Assembly: GCA_051439505.1 (NCBI GenBank)
Contig: JBFRWI010000071.1
Span: 1 to 30,127, forward strand
Origin: Hormoscilla sp.
GTDB taxonomy: Bacteria > Cyanobacteriota > Cyanobacteriia > Cyanobacteriales > Desertifilaceae
Direction of reading: 5' to 3'
Length of the DNA: 30,127 nt
Each line of letters opens with the position of its first letter. Position 1 is the first letter of the stretch. The position numbers and the translations under genes were made by a program. Under the pieces are notes generated by a model, which worked only from the letters and a program-made list of their open reading frames with translations, did no database searches and was not told where the DNA came from. Below are positions 16,970 to 27,902 of this stretch, piece by piece.

Positions 16970-19801
16970 ATGAGAAAAGCAATTGTGTCTTTAGGATTAT
17001 TGAGTCATATCGGTGCAACTATAGCACTCCAGGTTGGCCCATTCGGGATGCCAGTACAGGCTCAAATAGTTCCCGACGCCACCCTGCCAAGTAATTCCCA
17101 GGTGACCGCCAATGGTTCTAGGTTCACCATTGATGGCGGGACAGTTAGGGGAAGCAATCATTTCCACAGTTTTACCGAATTTTCTGTTCCCACTGGCGCT
17201 GAGGCGTTCTTCAACAATGGATCGGCGATCGACAACATCATTACTCGGGTAACCGGTGGCAGCATTTCCAACATCGACGGGTTAATTCGCGCTAACGGCG
17301 GAGCAAACGTAAACCTCTTTCTCCTCAACCCCAACGGCATCATTTTCGGACCGAACGCCCGCCTGGACATCGGTGGGTCGTTTTTGGGCAGCACCGCCGA
17401 GAGTCTCCTGTTTTCCGATGGTAGCTTCTACAGTGCTACCAATCCAGAAGCACCGCCATTACTGACGATTAATGTTCCCCTCGGTTTGCAGCTCGGACCG
17501 AACTCTGGTTCAATTCGAGTGCAGGGACCGGGGCATAATCTGACCCAACAAACTTTCACCGTGATTCGAGACAACCGACCTACCGGTATAGCAGTATCGC
17601 CAGGCAACAGCTTAACCTTAGTTGGTGCTGAAGTTAATCTGGAAGGAGGTAATCTGACTGCCATTGATGGACGAGTGGAACTGGGTGGGGCAGTTAAAGG
17701 CAGGGTAGGAATTACCCCAGCAAGCGGTTTGGAATATGACGGCGTTCAGAAGTTTGGAGACATTCGGCTGTCTGGGGCCGCATCAATAGATGCAAGTGGT
17801 GCTGGGGGTACAGTGCAGTTAGTGGGACGACAGATTCATTTGCGGGAAGCTTCGGCGATCATTTCCAATGCCACGGGTCCTGTTGATAGTGGTCCCTTTA
17901 GCCTCCGTGCCACCGAGTCAGTGGAAATGGTCGAAGGAACAGAAACCTTCCCCACTGGGTTGTTCAATCAAGTGGAACAGGAGGTCACGGGTAACAGTGG
18001 GCAACTAACCATCACGACAGGACAGTTGATTATCACAGATGGGGCGGTCGTGAATAATAGTGCCGCAGGGATTGGAAGTACAGGATCTCTCCAGGTGACT
18101 GCAGATGTGGTGGAACTCAGGGGGAACCAGGGATTTAACGTATCTGGTTTGTATTCTCAGGTACTTCCATTCGCCAATGGAGGTAACTCTGGAAACATGA
18201 CGATTGTTGCTGGGCGCCTGCTACTTCTTGATGGCGGTGTGATTAGCACAGGTACCTTTGGAGATGGGAATGCAGGAGATTTAATAATTAGAGCCACTGA
18301 GTCCGTAGAACTGAGGGGTATAGGTGAGGAAGTAATGCTTGCTGGAGAGCCAGTCAGAGAGTCTAGCAGAATTTTCAGTACCGGCGGCGCTTCTCCTCGT
18401 AATAATAAGCTGCCCGACACAGTCACGGGTAAGGCAGGCAATATCACGATCGACACGGAACAGTTAATCCTTGCCGATGGCGCTTTTATTGAGTCATCAA
18501 CGTCCAGAAGTCAGGACGGTGCCAACTTAACAATTCGAGCTACAGACTCGGTAATCCTCAGAGGAAACAATCCCTCTGCTAGTCCTTTCAGGGACACGAA
18601 AAGCTCTTTCCTGTCCTCAGGGGTTGACGCAGCACGGCTACCAGACGGAAGTCCATTTCAACCCACAGCTAATGGCGGTAATATTACCATAGATACGGGA
18701 AGCTTAATCCTTGAGGATGGGGCGGTGATATCTGCGGAGACTCAAGGCATTGGCAATGCCGGAAATTTGTCCGTCCGGGCCTCTGTGGGAGTGCAGTTGA
18801 GGGGATTTGACAATGAAGGTCAGGGCAGTTCTATGGTTACCATTGTCTCAGAAGGGGCCATGGGGGATGCGGGAGTCATCACCATCGAAACAGACAGGTT
18901 AATGCTCACAGATGGGGCGAGCATTTCATCCGAGACTCTGGGCAACGGCAATAGCGGTAATGTAGTAGTAAGGGCCCAGTCTTTGAGGGCGAGAGATCAG
19001 TCCCAACTCAGTGTCAGCTCAGAAATACCAGAGAATTTTGGGGCGGGGACTTTGGAAATTGCGGCGGCCAAAATAGAACTGGAAAATGAAGCCGGTTTTT
19101 TGGCCGAAACAGCAGCAGGCGATCGGGGTAACATTAACGTCGAAAGCCAAGATTTGCGATTGCGGCGCGACGCCTTTATCAGCACGAACGCCACGAGAAC
19201 GGCAACAGGGGGCAATATTACCATCAATGCGGATACGATCGTCAGTTTATTTAACAGCGATATTAGCGCCAATGCGATACAAGGAGCGGGGGGAAATATC
19301 TTTATTGGGACTTCTGGGATATTTCTATCTCCCGATAGCGAGATAACTGCTACTTCTGAGTTTGGGGTGGCCGGAACAGTGACGATCTCCAACCCGGATG
19401 CGGATCCTGCTGCTGCGTTGAAGCTGCCAGAAAACTACGTTGATGCGTCCCGTCTGCTAGGAAAAGACTTCTGTCAATTGAGTAAAAATAGTTCATTCAT
19501 CATTACTGGACGAGGTGGCCTACCTAGAAATCCCGGCGACTATCTCACTCCTGATTTTGGGAGAGTTCACTTGGTGGATCCGGTTCCGGTAATCTCTGAT
19601 GATGCTGCCAGATCGTCAAATGCTTCTCGTCGAAGGGTGCGTCAAAGAGTCCGACCTGAAGTCGATCGCAACAGAGAAAGGTCCATTGTCGAAGCCACAG
19701 GTTTTGTGCGACATCCCGATGGGACGATCGAGCTAGTTGCCGATGCCTCTGCTGGCCCAGCTGTATTAAGACTCGTCACTTGTGATGATTTAGCAAGATA
19801 G
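16970..19801 (+). CDS. Filamentous hemagglutinin N-terminal domain (TPS) exoprotein
   Basis: Signal peptide + AQIVPDATL; NHFHSFTEFSV, NIITRVTGG, NPNGIIFG; GN(I/L)TI beta-helix repeats; C-terminal SSFIITGRGGLP. Confidence 0.92.
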   Translation: MRKAIVSLGLLSHIGATIALQVGPFGMPVQAQIVPDATLPSNSQVTANGSRFTIDGGTVRGSNHFHSFTEFSVPTGAEAFFNNGSAIDNIITRVTGGSISNIDGLIRANGGANVNLFLLNPNGIIFGPNARLDIGGSFLGSTAESLLFSDGSFYSATNPEAPPLLTINVPLGLQLGPNSGSIRVQGPGHNLTQQTFTVIRDNRPTGIAVSPGNSLTLVGAEVNLEGGNLTAIDGRVELGGAVKGRVGITPASGLEYDGVQKFGDIRLSGAASIDASGAGGTVQLVGRQIHLREASAIISNATGPVDSGPFSLRATESVEMVEGTETFPTGLFNQVEQEVTGNSGQLTITTGQLIITDGAVVNNSAAGIGSTGSLQVTADVVELRGNQGFNVSGLYSQVLPFANGGNSGNMTIVAGRLLLLDGGVISTGTFGDGNAGDLIIRATESVELRGIGEEVMLAGEPVRESSRIFSTGGASPRNNKLPDTVTGKAGNITIDTEQLILADGAFIESSTSRSQDGANLTIRATDSVILRGNNPSASPFRDTKSSFLSSGVDAARLPDGSPFQPTANGGNITIDTGSLILEDGAVISAETQGIGNAGNLSVRASVGVQLRGFDNEGQGSSMVTIVSEGAMGDAGVITIETDRLMLTDGASISSETLGNGNSGNVVVRAQSLRARDQSQLSVSSEIPENFGAGTLEIAAAKIELENEAGFLAETAAGDRGNINVESQDLRLRRDAFISTNATRTATGGNITINADTIVSLFNSDISANAIQGAGGNIFIGTSGIFLSPDSEITATSEFGVAGTVTISNPDADPAAALKLPENYVDASRLLGKDFCQLSKNSSFIITGRGGLPRNPGDYLTPDFGRVHLVDPVPVISDDAARSSNASRRRVRQRVRPEVDRNRERSIVEATGFVRHPDGTIELVADASAGPAVLRLVTCDDLAR

Positions 19802-19993
19802 GCGTTGCACATTCTTGGGATGATGGTGATATATTTTCCCTTTTTGCTAATTGCTGGCTTGCTAATTGCTCCGGACAAAAAGTAACATCAACCGACATAT
19901 ATCACTGGCAATAGTTGCTCATCAACAACCCCTATCATCCCTAACCCGTGCAACTCCATTTAATCAAATTGGTGGGCGGTGCCCACCCTACTT

Positions 19994-21826
19994 TTATTCG
20001 AGACTGAGGCGGATTTCACGAGCTTTTTCTAAGCTAGCACTAGCTTCGGACGGGCGATCGAGTGACTGCAACACCCGACCCCGAACCTCCCAAGCTTCAT
20101 AGTAGTCAGGATCGATTTCAATCGCTTTATCTAAGCTAGCGATCGCCTCTTCCCACCTAGACAATTTTTCTAGAGCCTCACCCTTTCCGTACCAAGCTTC
20201 CGCCAGCTTTGATTGCAAGGCGATCGCTCGTTCAAAACTCGCGATCGCCTCTTCATAGCGTTTTAACTCAAACAGAACCTCACCTCTACTATACCAAGAG
20301 AGGTAAAAATCTGGTTGTAATTCCAGCACGCGATCGAAGCTAGCCATCGCCTCATCGTAGCGTTCTAAATCAAACAGAGTCTTGCCGCGATTATACCAAG
20401 AATCTTGGTAATCTGGTTGATATTCAATAGCGCGATCGAAGCTAGAAAGCGCCTCATCATATCTGCTTAAATCGTACAAAGCAAACCCCCGATTGTGCCA
20501 AGCAAGGTAGTCCTGGGGTTTAATTTCTAGAACCTTATCCCAGCATGCGATCGCCTCGGTAGGGCGCGATAACTTAAACAAAGCCATGCCTCGGTTTAAC
20601 CAAGCTTCCTGGTCATCTGCTTGGCAGTCTCTGGCGCGATCGAAGCTAGAGAGGGCCTCATCGTAGCGTTCTAAATTAAACAGCGCTACTCCTCGAAATT
20701 TCCAGACTCTACCATCGTCCGGTTTAATTTCCAGAACCTTGTCCCAGCATGCGATCGCCTCTTCCGGGCGTCCTAAATTAGTGAGGACATAGCCTCGCAT
20801 CTGCCAAGCTGCATCTAAGTCTGGCTTCAGAGATATGGCCTTATCTAAACTTACGATCGCCTCCGAGAAACGTTGCAAATTCGCCAGGGCCACCCCTCGG
20901 TTGTTCCAAGCATCGGCAAAATTAGGTTGAATAGCGATCGCCTTCTCATAGGATGCGATCGCCTCATCAAAGCGTCCCAAATTCAGCAAAGCCAAACCCC
21001 TATTATTCCAAGCTTCTTGCTTGTCAGCTTTAATCGCCAGGGCCCGGTCTAATGAGGCGATCGCCTCATCATAGCGAGACAAATTCAGCAGGGTCAAGCC
21101 CTTATTATACCAGGCTTCATCGTAGTCAGGTTGAAGTTGACAAGTTTTTTCCCAACTAGAAATAGCAGCAGGCAAATCACCAGCATTATATTGTTGATTG
21201 CCCCGATCGAACCAAACAGTAGCTTCATCAGTAGCAGACTGTTGCTCGATTATAGTCTGAATAATCACTTCGGGGTCGGTAGTTTCAACAGCCAGCTGCT
21301 GCGCCATCTGCACCAGCAAGTTGGAGTCTTGCTGCAACAGCACCAACAATTCATCCAGACTGATAGGTTTAACCTCTGGTGCAGTAGAATCAGCAGTGGA
21401 AATAGCATCAGGTCCATCAGATTCCCAGGTTTGAGCATCATCCCGGTTCGGTCTCGACAGTTGCATCCCGATAGATTTCGCAGTCGCTCCAATTTCCTTG
21501 ATAGAATCTAGAGAACCAGTCTGGTCTCCCAGCAGCATCATCCGGGTTGCCAACTGCAGATCGGGTACCGGTGACGCCAAAACCTTTTCTCCAAACCGTC
21601 GCAACCATTCTATCCATTGTTCCGGCTTGCCCCTGTCCGACAGCTTCTCAAAAAATTGTAATATGCGATCGGGCTGCCAGCCCCGTGCCACCCCTTCTAG
21701 CAACTGGGCGAACAAAAATTCATAATCAGCATCCGTCAGGGGCGGGGACTCACCAGAAGATTGTGCCGACTCTCCAGATTGCTTGGTGTCGTCCCCGTCA
21801 AACAACCGCTGCCATAATTTAATCAT
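19994..21826 (-). CDS. Tetratricopeptide repeat protein
   Basis: About 12 tandem 34-aa AWxNRGxxLxxLxRYDEAIASxDKA repeats after a ~200-aa N-terminal domain. Confidence 0.92.
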   Translation of the reverse strand: MIKLWQRLFDGDDTKQSGESAQSSGESPPLTDADYEFLFAQLLEGVARGWQPDRILQFFEKLSDRGKPEQWIEWLRRFGEKVLASPVPDLQLATRMMLLGDQTGSLDSIKEIGATAKSIGMQLSRPNRDDAQTWESDGPDAISTADSTAPEVKPISLDELLVLLQQDSNLLVQMAQQLAVETTDPEVIIQTIIEQQSATDEATVWFDRGNQQYNAGDLPAAISSWEKTCQLQPDYDEAWYNKGLTLLNLSRYDEAIASLDRALAIKADKQEAWNNRGLALLNLGRFDEAIASYEKAIAIQPNFADAWNNRGVALANLQRFSEAIVSLDKAISLKPDLDAAWQMRGYVLTNLGRPEEAIACWDKVLEIKPDDGRVWKFRGVALFNLERYDEALSSFDRARDCQADDQEAWLNRGMALFKLSRPTEAIACWDKVLEIKPQDYLAWHNRGFALYDLSRYDEALSSFDRAIEYQPDYQDSWYNRGKTLFDLERYDEAMASFDRVLELQPDFYLSWYSRGEVLFELKRYEEAIASFERAIALQSKLAEAWYGKGEALEKLSRWEEAIASLDKAIEIDPDYYEAWEVRGRVLQSLDRPSEASASLEKAREIRLSLE

Positions 21827-21949
21827 TTGTCCTCCTGAACTAATTGCACCTTAATTTTAAGCGCGAGGATAACGAAAGATGGTCACATATAAAATAAGAT
21901 AAGATACAATGAATTGTATGAACCAGTAAAAATAGACAGCATATAAGTT

Positions 21950-23311
21950 ATGGCACTGCCTATAGTTGCAATTATTGGACGCCCGAATGTAGGAAAGTCC
22001 GCCATGGTGAATCGTCTGGCGGGCAATCAGCAGGCGATCGTCCATGACGAACCGGGAATAACCCGCGATCGCACCTATCGGACCGCCTTCTGGCGAGACC
22101 GGGAATATCAGGTAGTGGACACTGGCGGCCTAGTATTTGACGATGATACCGAATTTTTGCCCCTGATCCGAGAACAGGCAATGGCAGCATTAGCAGAAGC
22201 GAGTGCGGCCCTGTTCGTCGTAGACGGACAAGCAGGACCAACGGCAGCAGACGCCGAAATCGCCCAATGGCTGCGCCAACAACCGGTACCGGTGCTGCTA
22301 GCGGTGAATAAATGCGAATCGGTTGAACTTGGAGTGATCCAGGCGACCCAATTTTGGGAACTGGGTCTCGGGGAACCATACCCCCTGTCCGCCATCCACG
22401 GCAACGGGACCGGGGAATTACTCGACCAGTTGATTTCTCACTTGCCTCCAGTATCAGAAATTCCTGACATCCAGGAAACCAAAGTGGCGATCGTCGGACG
22501 CCCAAATGTCGGCAAATCCAGCTTATTGAACGCCTTTCTGGGAGAAAAACGGGCCATTGTCAGTCCCATATCGGGCACTACCAGGGATGCCATTGATACG
22601 GTAGTCGAACGAGATGGCAAAAGATACCGACTGATTGACACCGCCGGCATTAGAAAAAAGAAAAACGTCTCCTACGGTGCCGAATTCTTTGGCATCAATC
22701 GAGCCTTCAAAGCCATTCGGCGCTCGGATGTGGTACTATTGGTAATCGATGTTATCGATGGCATCACCGAGCAAGACCAAAAACTAGCCAGTCGCATTGC
22801 CGACGAAGGACGGGCCTGCGCGATCGTGGTCAATAAATGGGATGCGATCGATAAAGACTCCTACACGATCTTCGATTATCAGAGACACGTAAAAGACAGG
22901 TTATATTTTCTCGATTGGGCAGAAAGCATTTTTGTCAGTGCCATCACGGGTCAGCGAGTCAAAAAGATTCTGGATCTGGTGGACAAAGCGGCAGAACAGC
23001 ACCAGCGGCGGGTGAGCACCTCCGTAATTAACGAAGTGCTACAAGATGCAGTCAGTTGGCACTCTCCCCCAACCAACCGACAAGGAAGACAGGGCAAAAT
23101 CTATTATGGCACTCAAGTGCGGAGTCAGCCACCGACGATCGCCCTATTTGTGAATGACCCGAAGCGCTTTAACGACAACTACCGGCGGTACATAGAGAGT
23201 CAGTTACGCAAAAATCTGGACTTTACCGGGACACCAATACGCTTGCTGTGGCGGGGCAAAAAAGCACGGGATGTGGAAGATGTCAGCATGAACCGAGCCG
23301 TCCGCGTATAA
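21950..23311 (+). CDS. der: Ribosome biogenesis GTPase Der (EngA)
   Basis: Two GRPNVGKS P-loops, DTGG/DTAG, NKCE/NKWD, KH-like C-terminus. Confidence 0.98.
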   Translation: MALPIVAIIGRPNVGKSAMVNRLAGNQQAIVHDEPGITRDRTYRTAFWRDREYQVVDTGGLVFDDDTEFLPLIREQAMAALAEASAALFVVDGQAGPTAADAEIAQWLRQQPVPVLLAVNKCESVELGVIQATQFWELGLGEPYPLSAIHGNGTGELLDQLISHLPPVSEIPDIQETKVAIVGRPNVGKSSLLNAFLGEKRAIVSPISGTTRDAIDTVVERDGKRYRLIDTAGIRKKKNVSYGAEFFGINRAFKAIRRSDVVLLVIDVIDGITEQDQKLASRIADEGRACAIVVNKWDAIDKDSYTIFDYQRHVKDRLYFLDWAESIFVSAITGQRVKKILDLVDKAAEQHQRRVSTSVINEVLQDAVSWHSPPTNRQGRQGKIYYGTQVRSQPPTIALFVNDPKRFNDNYRRYIESQLRKNLDFTGTPIRLLWRGKKARDVEDVSMNRAVRV

Positions 23312-23375
23312 GTTATGGTAAAGCGATTGGTAAACACGAATAGATCGCCAGTCACCATTCAAAAATTACCTGTAA

Positions 23376-24263
23376 ATGGACTTACTGCGTAGTCTCCCGA
23401 TCGGGCTATATCTCGAACAACCGGTTACCTGGCTGCACCGGCTCGACCCCAGAGTGAAACTCTGCTGGTTGCTGAGCTTTCTACTGGCTCCAATTTTGGC
23501 AAGCACTGAGTTTAGAATCATACTGGCGGTGCTGCTGATGCTGCTAACCGTGACAGCATCAATACCTGGGCGGGTGTGGCGTCAGCAGTCATGGCTGCTA
23601 ATATTAGCCCTGTTTGTCGTCACGATCACCGCGATCGCCGGCGATGGCCTGGTCATCCCATCTCAACCCCGCCTCCCGGCCAACGATCCAGTTTATCCCC
23701 AACCGACGGACTACAGCTATATCTTGCTAGACCTGGATCTGAAGCTATTCGCGATCGAAGTTACTCGCCGCTCCTTGGATCTGGGCCTGCGACTTGCTAG
23801 CTTAATCTTTACAGTCATCTACAGTACCAATCTCTATCTGCTGACCACGGCCCCAGAGGAAATAACAGCCGGTCTTGAAGACTTGATGGCACCTCTGAAG
23901 CGGGTGAAGGTGCCAGTAACGGAAATAGCCCTCACCTTGACCCTGTCCCTGCGGTTTATCTCCCTAGTGCTGGAAGAAGTACAGAATTTAGTACGCTCTG
24001 TACAGACGCGAGCCATCAACTGGAAAAAGCTAGGTCTCAAGCGTAGCACTCGGGTTTGGTTGATAGTAGCCCAGCGGCTGCTGGAAAATCTACTCTTGCG
24101 GGCCGACCAAATTGCCAGTGCCATGACAGTGCGCGGATTTACCAGTCCCGATCGACATCGGGTACAGTGGCACCAACTGCGCTTAAAATGGGGTGATTGG
24201 CTAGTGCTAGCTCTGTTAGCTATACTTTGGGCCACTCGCTTAATCTGGGGAACTCAGGCTTAA
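23376..24263 (+). CDS. Energy-coupling factor transporter transmembrane T component (CbiQ/EcfT family)
   Basis: WLHRLDPRVKL, LLTTAPEEI, LRFISLVLEE, AMTVRGF motifs; conserved position after der. Confidence 0.9.
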   Translation: MDLLRSLPIGLYLEQPVTWLHRLDPRVKLCWLLSFLLAPILASTEFRIILAVLLMLLTVTASIPGRVWRQQSWLLILALFVVTITAIAGDGLVIPSQPRLPANDPVYPQPTDYSYILLDLDLKLFAIEVTRRSLDLGLRLASLIFTVIYSTNLYLLTTAPEEITAGLEDLMAPLKRVKVPVTEIALTLTLSLRFISLVLEEVQNLVRSVQTRAINWKKLGLKRSTRVWLIVAQRLLENLLLRADQIASAMTVRGFTSPDRHRVQWHQLRLKWGDWLVLALLAILWATRLIWGTQA

Positions 24264-24348
24264 GAGCGCTATTGCAGACAAGCCTAGTAATCGGGCAGCA
24301 GGTCGAGGTTGTCTATTTTTATTGATTGTCCACCCTTTGTGAACTTGA

Positions 24349-24615
24349 ATGTTAGAAAATTATCTCAATCATCCCACTTTTGGTCTCCTTTTCAGAATAT
24401 GTGTAGCCCAAGCAGGTGGGGAATTGTTCACAACACTCTATGCTCAACGCCTGTTCTTTGTGGTCACGAACAGTCCCGATGGGCTAAAATTCGATACAGT
24501 CAGTCGCAACGAGGCTCGCATTATGGTGGAAAACCGCATGCGCTTTCTGCGTCGCACCGGTGAATTAAGCGAATACGATAAACTTATGGTTATGCATAAG
24601 CGCACGTTCCAATGA
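24349..24615 (+). CDS. pipX: PII-interacting protein X
   Basis: ENYLNHPTFGLL...ELFTTLYAQRLFFVV signature; synteny with pipY. Confidence 0.96.
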   Translation: MLENYLNHPTFGLLFRICVAQAGGELFTTLYAQRLFFVVTNSPDGLKFDTVSRNEARIMVENRMRFLRRTGELSEYDKLMVMHKRTFQ

Positions 24616-25280
24616 CAGGCACCATCGCCCAACGCATCGCGAACATTCGCTCGCAACTCCCGACCTCCGTTCGGCTGATAGCTGTCACCAAGCAGGTGCC
24701 AGCAGAGGCCATGCGGGCCGCTTATGCATCTGGCCTGCGGGATTTTGGAGAGAGTCGCATCCAAGAGGCGGCCACAAAACAGGCTCAGCTTCAGGATCTG
24801 CCAGATATCACCTGGCATCTGATCGGACATCTGCAAAGCAATAAAGCTCAAAAGGCTTTAGAACAATTCCACTGGATCCATTCCCTTGACAGCCTCAAAC
24901 TCGCAGAAAGGCTCGATCGCCTGGCGGAGGGCCGATCCCAGAAGCCACAAGTTTTGCTACAGGTAAAGATATTCAGGGATCGGAATAAATCAGGTTGGAC
25001 GATCCCAGAAGTTATGGCTGACTTGCAGCAACTGGATGGCTGTAAGAACCTGAAAATTCAGGGTTTGATGAGCATTCCCCCTTTAGGACTAGAAACTGGC
25101 GAAATCGCCAAAATTTTTGAGCAAACGGCCCAATTAGCGGATAAAATAAGAGAGCAAAACTGGTCCCATATCGAAATGCGGCATCTGTCAATGGGTATGT
25201 CGAATGATTACCAGTTGGCGGTGAGGGCCGGTGCTACAATGGTGCGCTTAGGAAGAATTTTATTTGCCGAAGGCAGTTAG
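24612..25280 (+). CDS. pipY: PLP homeostasis protein (YggS/PipY)
   Basis: LIAVTK, DFGESRIQE, WHLIGHLQSNK, LSMGMSNDY, VRLGR; ATGA overlap with pipX. Confidence 0.96.
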   Translation: MTGTIAQRIANIRSQLPTSVRLIAVTKQVPAEAMRAAYASGLRDFGESRIQEAATKQAQLQDLPDITWHLIGHLQSNKAQKALEQFHWIHSLDSLKLAERLDRLAEGRSQKPQVLLQVKIFRDRNKSGWTIPEVMADLQQLDGCKNLKIQGLMSIPPLGLETGEIAKIFEQTAQLADKIREQNWSHIEMRHLSMGMSNDYQLAVRAGATMVRLGRILFAEGS

Positions 25281-25388
25281 GAGACTGGCTGGAGGGCAGA
25301 TGTAGCACCGAAGTGGTATAAGTTGGAGTTACTTCCCCGTAGCGCGTGGATAAGGGGAAGTATGACATAGATTTTGGAGGGTTGAACT

Positions 25389-25979
25389 ATGAATCTGTTT
25401 TCTAAGTTACGAGATTTAGTAGCTTTCAATGAACCAGCTTATGATTACGGGTATGAAGAAATGGATCCCGAAGATTACCAAAACATTTACACAGAAGAGC
25501 ATCCTGAACCAGAACCAGTCGAAGAACAACGTCCGAGACGTAGGCCGCGGGAACGCTTAGATGTAGCATCGGAAACAGGAGTCGGAACTTCTATGAATAA
25601 TGTAATCGGGATGCCAGGAGCGGTAAACGGCATGTCAGAAGTGATGGTAATGGAACCGCGTACTTTCGAGGAAATGCCTCAAGCAATTCAAGCGCTGCGG
25701 GAGAGGAAGTCGGTGGTCCTGAATCTGACGATGATGGACCCAGATCAGGCGCAACGAGCTGTAGATTTTGTCGCTGGTGGCACCTATGCTATTGACGGTC
25801 ATCAAGAACGGATAGGGGAAAGCATCTTTCTGTTCACTCCCAGTTGCGTCCAGGTGAAAACCCAGTCGGTGGGCGAGGGCCCCCAGTCGCCAATTCGCCC
25901 AGTACGTCCAGCGGTAGGCGCAACCGTGGTGACTCCATCCCCGGCCTGGACAGATGAACCGGCACGGATGGCTCAGTAG
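25389..25979 (+). CDS. sepF: Cell division protein SepF
   Basis: [25 protein letters not shown]...[11 protein letters not shown]...FLFTP; GGAGG RBS. Confidence 0.96.
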   Translation: MNLFSKLRDLVAFNEPAYDYGYEEMDPEDYQNIYTEEHPEPEPVEEQRPRRRPRERLDVASETGVGTSMNNVIGMPGAVNGMSEVMVMEPRTFEEMPQAIQALRERKSVVLNLTMMDPDQAQRAVDFVAGGTYAIDGHQERIGESIFLFTPSCVQVKTQSVGEGPQSPIRPVRPAVGATVVTPSPAWTDEPARMAQ

Positions 25980-26052
25980 GCAACTAACTTGGTGGGCAAT
26001 GTCTAACTTGGTGGGCAATGCCCACCCTACCAACTTTCAATCAGTAAAAAAA

Positions 26053-26850
26053 GTGTCTGTAAAACTCGGGATAATTGGTGGCGGGGTAATGGGAGAAGCT
26101 CTCTTATCCCGCTTAATTGCGCGGCAGATATATCTGGCCTCAGAGATTTTGGTGAGCGAACCAACGCCGCAAAGGCGCGATTTCTTGGCGCAGCAATATG
26201 AGGTGGAATTGACGACGGATAATCATGCGGTGGCGGCGGCGACAGAGGTGTTGCTGTTGGCGATTAAACCCCAGGTCTTTGCAGCGGTGGCGGCAGATTT
26301 GGCAGGGGTAAAGGTACCAGTGGTGGTGTCAATTTTGGCGGGCGTACCTTTGAGTAAGTTGGAAGCGGCGTTTCCCGATCGACCGGTGGTGCGCGTGATG
26401 CCGAATACTCCTGCAACGGTGGGGGCGGGGATAAGTGCGATCGCGCCTGGTAAGCATGTATCTTCCGAACAGGTCTCGCTGGTCAAGGGAATTTTGCAAG
26501 CTGTGGGTGAAGTGGTGGAGGTGCCAGAATACCTGATGGATGCAGTAACGGGTTTATCTGGATCGGGCCCTGGCTATGTGGCAATTTTGATCGAAGCTTT
26601 GACAGATGGGGGGGTTTGTGCGGGGCTACCGAGGGCGATCGCCTCCCAGTTGGCGGTCCAAACGGTATTGGGGACGGCCCAGTTACTGCAAGAAACTGGG
26701 CTGCATCCAGCCCAATTAAAAGATCGGGTGACCAGTCCTGGGGGTACTACAATTGCCGCAATTGCGAAATTAGAGCAAGGGGGTTTCCGTTCGGCATTGA
26801 TAGAAGCAGTGCTAGAGTCGAGTAGGCGATCGCGAGAATTGGGCAGCTAA
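26053..26850 (+). CDS. proC: Pyrroline-5-carboxylate reductase
   Basis: GIIGGGVMG, RVMPNTP, TGLSGSGP, VTSPGGTT; GTG start at 26053 chosen because the longer ORF runs through a REP. Confidence 0.96.
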   Translation: MSVKLGIIGGGVMGEALLSRLIARQIYLASEILVSEPTPQRRDFLAQQYEVELTTDNHAVAAATEVLLLAIKPQVFAAVAADLAGVKVPVVVSILAGVPLSKLEAAFPDRPVVRVMPNTPATVGAGISAIAPGKHVSSEQVSLVKGILQAVGEVVEVPEYLMDAVTGLSGSGPGYVAILIEALTDGGVCAGLPRAIASQLAVQTVLGTAQLLQETGLHPAQLKDRVTSPGGTTIAAIAKLEQGGFRSALIEAVLESSRRSRELGS

Positions 26851-26867
26851 ACAGATTTTCAGCTTGG

Positions 26868-26996
26868 CGTAGGGTGGGCACCGCCCACCACTAAGGAATT
26901 CAAAATTCAAAATTCAGAATTCAAAATTCGGAAAAGATTTGAGAGCAATGGTTTGCTGCATCTGGATACAATGCAATTTAAATGCGCGACAGCTTA
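26868..26996. repeat. GTAGGGTGGGCA REP followed by an (AATTCAA)n-GCAATTTAAATGCGCGACAGCTTA element
   Basis: The same REP occurs at about 19971-19991 and 26010-26030; heptamer element at 26897-26996. Confidence 0.8.
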
Positions 26997-27072
26997 TTGC
27001 AGTGAAGTTTAAACATATTTTCAGTTCCTCTAGTCAGTTTGACCAGTAAGTAAGGGACTGAAGGCATCTGCA

Positions 27073-27390
27073 TTATCCATTATTGCTATCTGGCCAGTAA
27101 AACAATTCTAGCAAACCAACTGTGCCTACAAAAAAAGTGTAGGTTCCATAGGCGATCGGGTTTTGGGGTTTGGCAGAGAAAGCTGCGATCGCGGCTTCCA
27201 GTAAGTGGGCGATCAAGGCAAAGCGTGCTAGCCCAAAGATGAGAGGCATAAAACTGGGAATCTCTGTGTGAGTGAAGGCTGCATAAAGATGCCATGATTC
27301 TAAGGCGATCGCGCCAGCGATGAGAACTGTCGAGAGAACTTTGACACACAAGATAATTGTTTTTTGGTAGTTAGGTTTTAATTTCATCAT
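27073..27390 (-). CDS. Hypothetical membrane protein
   Basis: About 105 aa with three hydrophobic segments; AHLLEA and YTFFVGTVGLLEL; start placed at MMKLK. Confidence 0.7.
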   Translation of the reverse strand: MMKLKPNYQKTIILCVKVLSTVLIAGAIALESWHLYAAFTHTEIPSFMPLIFGLARFALIAHLLEAAIAAFSAKPQNPIAYGTYTFFVGTVGLLELFYWPDSNNG

Positions 27391-27552
27391 CTCTAAGAAT
27401 ATTAGGGTAGATTTCAATTGTGCAAGGGCGCTAGCGTAAGTCAGCCATACATTTGCAACATTTGCCTTGACTTTACCCATTAACCTTTCAACACCATTAT
27501 ACTGCATAAATTACATGAACGTGCGATCGGGCACACAATGGCACAGTTCATG

Positions 27553-27626
27553 TAGGTTGGGTTTCCGCACGAAACCCAACCCAAAGCTACATTTTAGTTG
27601 GGTTTCCTTACGTCAACCCAACCTAC
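27553..27626. repeat. GTAGGTTGGG...CCCAACCTAC REPIN
   Basis: Inverted pair of palindromes; same family as 8123-8213. Confidence 0.85.
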
Positions 27627-27629
27627 GGA

Positions 27630-27902
27630 CTACAACTGGGTTTCTTTCCATGTCCAGCCAGACTTCTCCCTAATTTCTTCTTGTAATATCGTTTCTGATT
27701 TAGTTGGCTTATCCGGTGAACCAGCAAACATTCCTACCAACGGGTCCGATCCCATATCACCTATTGCTAGCGGTTGCCTTTCTAGATAGATCTTTACTAT
27801 TTCAGTGACAATGGCTTCGGGAGATTGACATCGTTGACTTGCTAAGGCTAGCAATTTCTCCAATAAAGCTTGTTCGGGCTTCCAGTCAAAGGCATAGTCC
27901 AT
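27630..27902 (-). CDS. Small hypothetical protein, possible RHH-like antitoxin
   Basis: 90 aa; LLEKLLALASQRCQSPEAIVTEIVKIYL helix pair followed by DPLVGMFAG, a pattern common in cyanobacterial antitoxin-like proteins. Confidence 0.55.
   Translation of the reverse strand: MDYAFDWKPEQALLEKLLALASQRCQSPEAIVTEIVKIYLERQPLAIGDMGSDPLVGMFAGSPDKPTKSETILQEEIREKSGWTWKETQL

Noticed and set aside
21950..26850. der-ecfT-pipX-pipY-sepF-proC cluster as a novel system
   Set aside because: Well-known conserved cyanobacterial synteny
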